This document shows positions 61,810 to 64,000 of a stretch of 64,000 nucleotides of DNA, in pieces (positions within the stretch are counted from its first letter, which is position 1; each line of letters begins with the position of its first letter). The stretch comes from Candidatus Eremiobacteria bacterium (GTDB lineage: Bacteria > Vulcanimicrobiota > Vulcanimicrobiia > Vulcanimicrobiales > Vulcanimicrobiaceae): positions 32,001 to 96,000 of the forward strand of contig CAVWUU010000006.1 in assembly GCA_963758295.1 (NCBI GenBank), in the 5' to 3' direction. The notes beneath the pieces are model-generated. The model ran no database searches, was not told where the DNA came from, and saw only the letters and a list, made by a program, of their open reading frames with translations. The position numbers and the translations under genes were made by a program.

Positions 61810-62265
61810 GTGCTTAGCGAAGGCGATAAGCTTCCAAAGCTCAAGGTGACCGACGACGAGGGCAGCGAGCTCTCTACGAGCGATTTGCTAGGCGAATCGC
61901 TCGTCTTGTACTTCTATCCCAAAGACGACACGCCGGGCTGCACCAACGAAGCCTCGCAATTCCGCGATCTCTACAAACAATTCCAGAAGAAGAAGGCGCG
62001 CATCGTCGGCGTGAGCCGCGATTCGGTTCCGTCGCATCAAAAATTCAAGACGAAGTATTCGATCCCGTTCCAGCTCCTTGCCGACACCGATTCGAAGGTG
62101 TGCGATGCGTTCGGAGTGATCGTCGAAAAGAATATGTACGGCAAGAAATCGATGGGCGTGCAGCGGTCGACGTTTCTCATCGATAAGAACGGTAAGATCG
62201 TCCGCGTTTGGCCGAAGGTCAAAGTCGACGGGCATGCCGATGAGGTTCTCGCATCGCTACCGTAA
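61810..62265 (+). CDS. bcp: Thioredoxin-dependent peroxiredoxin Bcp
   Basis: LYFYPKDDTPGCTNEA, GVSRD, KNMYGK, RSTFLID. Confidence 0.93.
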   Translation: MLSEGDKLPKLKVTDDEGSELSTSDLLGESLVLYFYPKDDTPGCTNEASQFRDLYKQFQKKKARIVGVSRDSVPSHQKFKTKYSIPFQLLADTDSKVCDAFGVIVEKNMYGKKSMGVQRSTFLIDKNGKIVRVWPKVKVDGHADEVLASLP

Positions 62266-63041
62266 TGGCGGCTTCCATGCGAGTCCGGGTCGTCGGATCG
62301 AGCGCATCCGTTCCGCGACCGGGCCGCGCATGTACGTGTCAAATGATTCGCACGCGCGAAGCCAAGATTTTAATCGATTTGGGTTCGGGCGCGCTTTCGA
62401 ATCTGCGCGAGGTGATCGACTATCCGGACGTGGACGCAATCATTATCACGCACATGCACGCCGATCACTTCCTCGATCTCATTCCGCTGCGGTACGGGCT
62501 AAAATACGGTCCTCTGTTGCGTGAGGAAAAGATGCCGCTATGGCTGCCGCCCGGCGGAGAAGCGCAACTGCGCGCGCTCACCGGAACGTTCAAACGCGAA
62601 GACTCGAGCGATTTTCTCGATGAGGTGTTTGATGTACGCGAGTACGATCCGGCGGGAGAACTCTACGTGGGCAATATCACGCTGACGTTCGCGAAAACGG
62701 TGCACTACATCGACGCTTACGCGGTACGGGCGGAACGCGACGGATCGAGCGTCGTTTACTCGAGCGATACCGGGCCATGTGAAGCCGTCGAAGAACTCGC
62801 GCGCGGCTGCAGTCTTTTTCTGTGCGAAGCCGCGCTCGGCTTAGCTTCGGAAGCGGGGCCGGTGCGCGGACATCTTTCAGCTATCGAAGCCGGCGAAATG
62901 GCAAGAAACGCCGGCGCGCGCCGCTTAGTCCTCACGCATTACGGCAGTGAGTTCGCTCCCGATGAACTTGCCGACGCCGCCCGCACCGTCTACCATGGGC
63001 CCACGGCGACCGCCGACGACGGCACCGAACTCGCCGTTTAA
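62265..63041 (+). CDS. MBL-fold metallo-hydrolase (RNase Z/YhfI-like)
   Basis: DLGSG, THMHADH, YSSDTG, CEA, GHLS, LVLTH. Confidence 0.88.
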   Translation: MAASMRVRVVGSSASVPRPGRACTCQMIRTREAKILIDLGSGALSNLREVIDYPDVDAIIITHMHADHFLDLIPLRYGLKYGPLLREEKMPLWLPPGGEAQLRALTGTFKREDSSDFLDEVFDVREYDPAGELYVGNITLTFAKTVHYIDAYAVRAERDGSSVVYSSDTGPCEAVEELARGCSLFLCEAALGLASEAGPVRGHLSAIEAGEMARNAGARRLVLTHYGSEFAPDELADAARTVYHGPTATADDGTELAV

Positions 63042-63058
63042 GCGGGTATGCTGTTCGC

Positions 63059-63229
63059 ATGATCGACCTTACCTATATCGACCCGCTCGCCGAAGAAGAA
63101 AACGACGACGAACGGCCGGCTTACTGGCACAAACGCCGCCGCTTCATGGCGCTCGATCGCCGCTTATCGACTGCCGCGCGACGCCGCGCTCGCCGTCGCT
63201 CCAAACGGGCGAAGAATTCATCACGCTAG
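63059..63229 (+). CDS. Putative 56-aa small protein with acidic N-half and Arg-rich C-half (not in the ORF track)
   Basis: MIDLTYIDPLAEEENDDERPAYWHKRRRFMALDRRLSTAARRRARRRSKRAKNSSR; fills the intergenic gap; TATGCT 6 nt upstream of the ATG. Confidence 0.6.
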   Translation: MIDLTYIDPLAEEENDDERPAYWHKRRRFMALDRRLSTAARRRARRRSKRAKNSSR

Positions 63230-63243
63230 GCAAGGCTCGCAGT

Positions 63244-63618
63244 TTACCGGCGGTAGCAAATCTCCAATTTATTGCCGTCGACGTCTTCAAAGAATGCCGC
63301 ATAATATCGCGGCGATCCATAATAGTTTTCCGGCGCTTCGAATTCGCACGCACCCGCCGCTCGAGCCACTTCCGCTAAGCGATCGACGTCTTCGCGCGAA
63401 GCGGCACGAAACGCAATGCGCGCGTCATTAGCGTGATGACCGGGATCGGCCATTATCCCAAAGAACGGTTGCGACCATTCCTCATCGGGCCGGTGATAAT
63501 TAACATCGTGCTCCCTAACATCAAAGCGGCTAAACCCCATTGCCGACATTAGAGCATCATAGAACGGCCTCGCCGTCGCCAGATCTTTAACTCGGAGGTC
63601 AATGTGATCGATCAGCAT
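63244..63618 (-). CDS. VOC/glyoxalase family protein
   Basis: IDHIDLRV, FYDAL, IAFRAASREDVD, YYAAFFEDVDGNKLEIC; start 63618 or 63627. Confidence 0.9.
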   Translation of the reverse strand: MLIDHIDLRVKDLATARPFYDALMSAMGFSRFDVREHDVNYHRPDEEWSQPFFGIMADPGHHANDARIAFRAASREDVDRLAEVARAAGACEFEAPENYYGSPRYYAAFFEDVDGNKLEICYRR

Positions 63619-63692
63619 TCGTTGCATCTTTGGTCTCAGGCTCAGGATGACGGGGCCGTGCGAGGCTGAACCGTGCAAAATGACGGCCAGGG

Positions 63693-64000
63693 CTAGTTGT
63701 CGGTTTTGGCGTGACCTCGTGGTAGAGAAAATTGGATCAACGCCCTAACAGGCGCGAGGCCCCGGCTAATGACCGCGCACGGCGTAACCTTTAATCCCAG
63801 GCCCTCGAGACGCTTACAAGACGCCATGAGTTCGCGGCCCGACGTTACGACGTCCTCGACGAGTAAAATGTGCTGTCCCGCCTCGTACGGTCCCTCGACG
63901 AACTCCTCGGGAAATGCGCCGTAGCCCTTCGGTTCCTTGCGCACGGCGATCATCGGTAAGCCGGACATCTGCGAAACAGCGGTTGCAATGACGACGCCGC
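63693..64000 (-). CDS. pyrE: Orotate phosphoribosyltransferase (3' part; runs off the window)
   Basis: VRKEPKGYG and LVEDVVTSG PRPP-binding motif. Confidence 0.8.
   Translation of the reverse strand, partial: GVVIATAVSQMSGLPMIAVRKEPKGYGAFPEEFVEGPYEAGQHILLVEDVVTSGRELMASCKRLEGLGLKVTPCAVISRGLAPVRALIQFSLPRGHAKTDN

Overview
High-GC bacterial chromosomal window, densely packed with about 60 genes. The repertoire points to Candidatus Eremiobacterota/Vulcanimicrobiota or a similar Terrabacteria diderm (inference): a stalk-domain protein, ACSGG lipoproteins, secreted TonB_C proteins, the futalosine pathway, and Firmicute-like bkd and ytpB genes. Content is mostly housekeeping: peptidases (pepN, pepP, M28, M20, M14, dacB, tldD/pmbA), trxB, bcp, glcDE, queD-queE-mqnB-mqnD-namZ, a 2-oxoacid dehydrogenase operon with a tandemly duplicated E1-alpha, ETF-QO, thiO-thiS-thiG and an RCK-gated K+ channel. 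I found no rRNA, tRNA, CRISPR array, transposase or phage gene. From about 7.2 to 20.8 kb most genes are broken by single-base indels (mostly insertions), most likely a long-read consensus artefact. The most interesting signals are: (1) a recurring GG-N17-19-CG(A/T)A motif at fixed distance from SD-less start codons, suggesting sigmaH-like leaderless transcription of housekeeping genes; (2) a class IB (YtpB-type) terpene synthase outside Bacilli; (3) three signal-peptide-bearing, disulfide-stapled TonB_C proteins near two paralogous Cys-patterned surface lipoproteins; (4) an uncalled 56-aa acidic/Arg-rich small protein; (5) two adjacent catalytically degenerate enzymes; (6) a K+ channel with a CxxC just after the selectivity filter, coupled to a peroxiredoxin.
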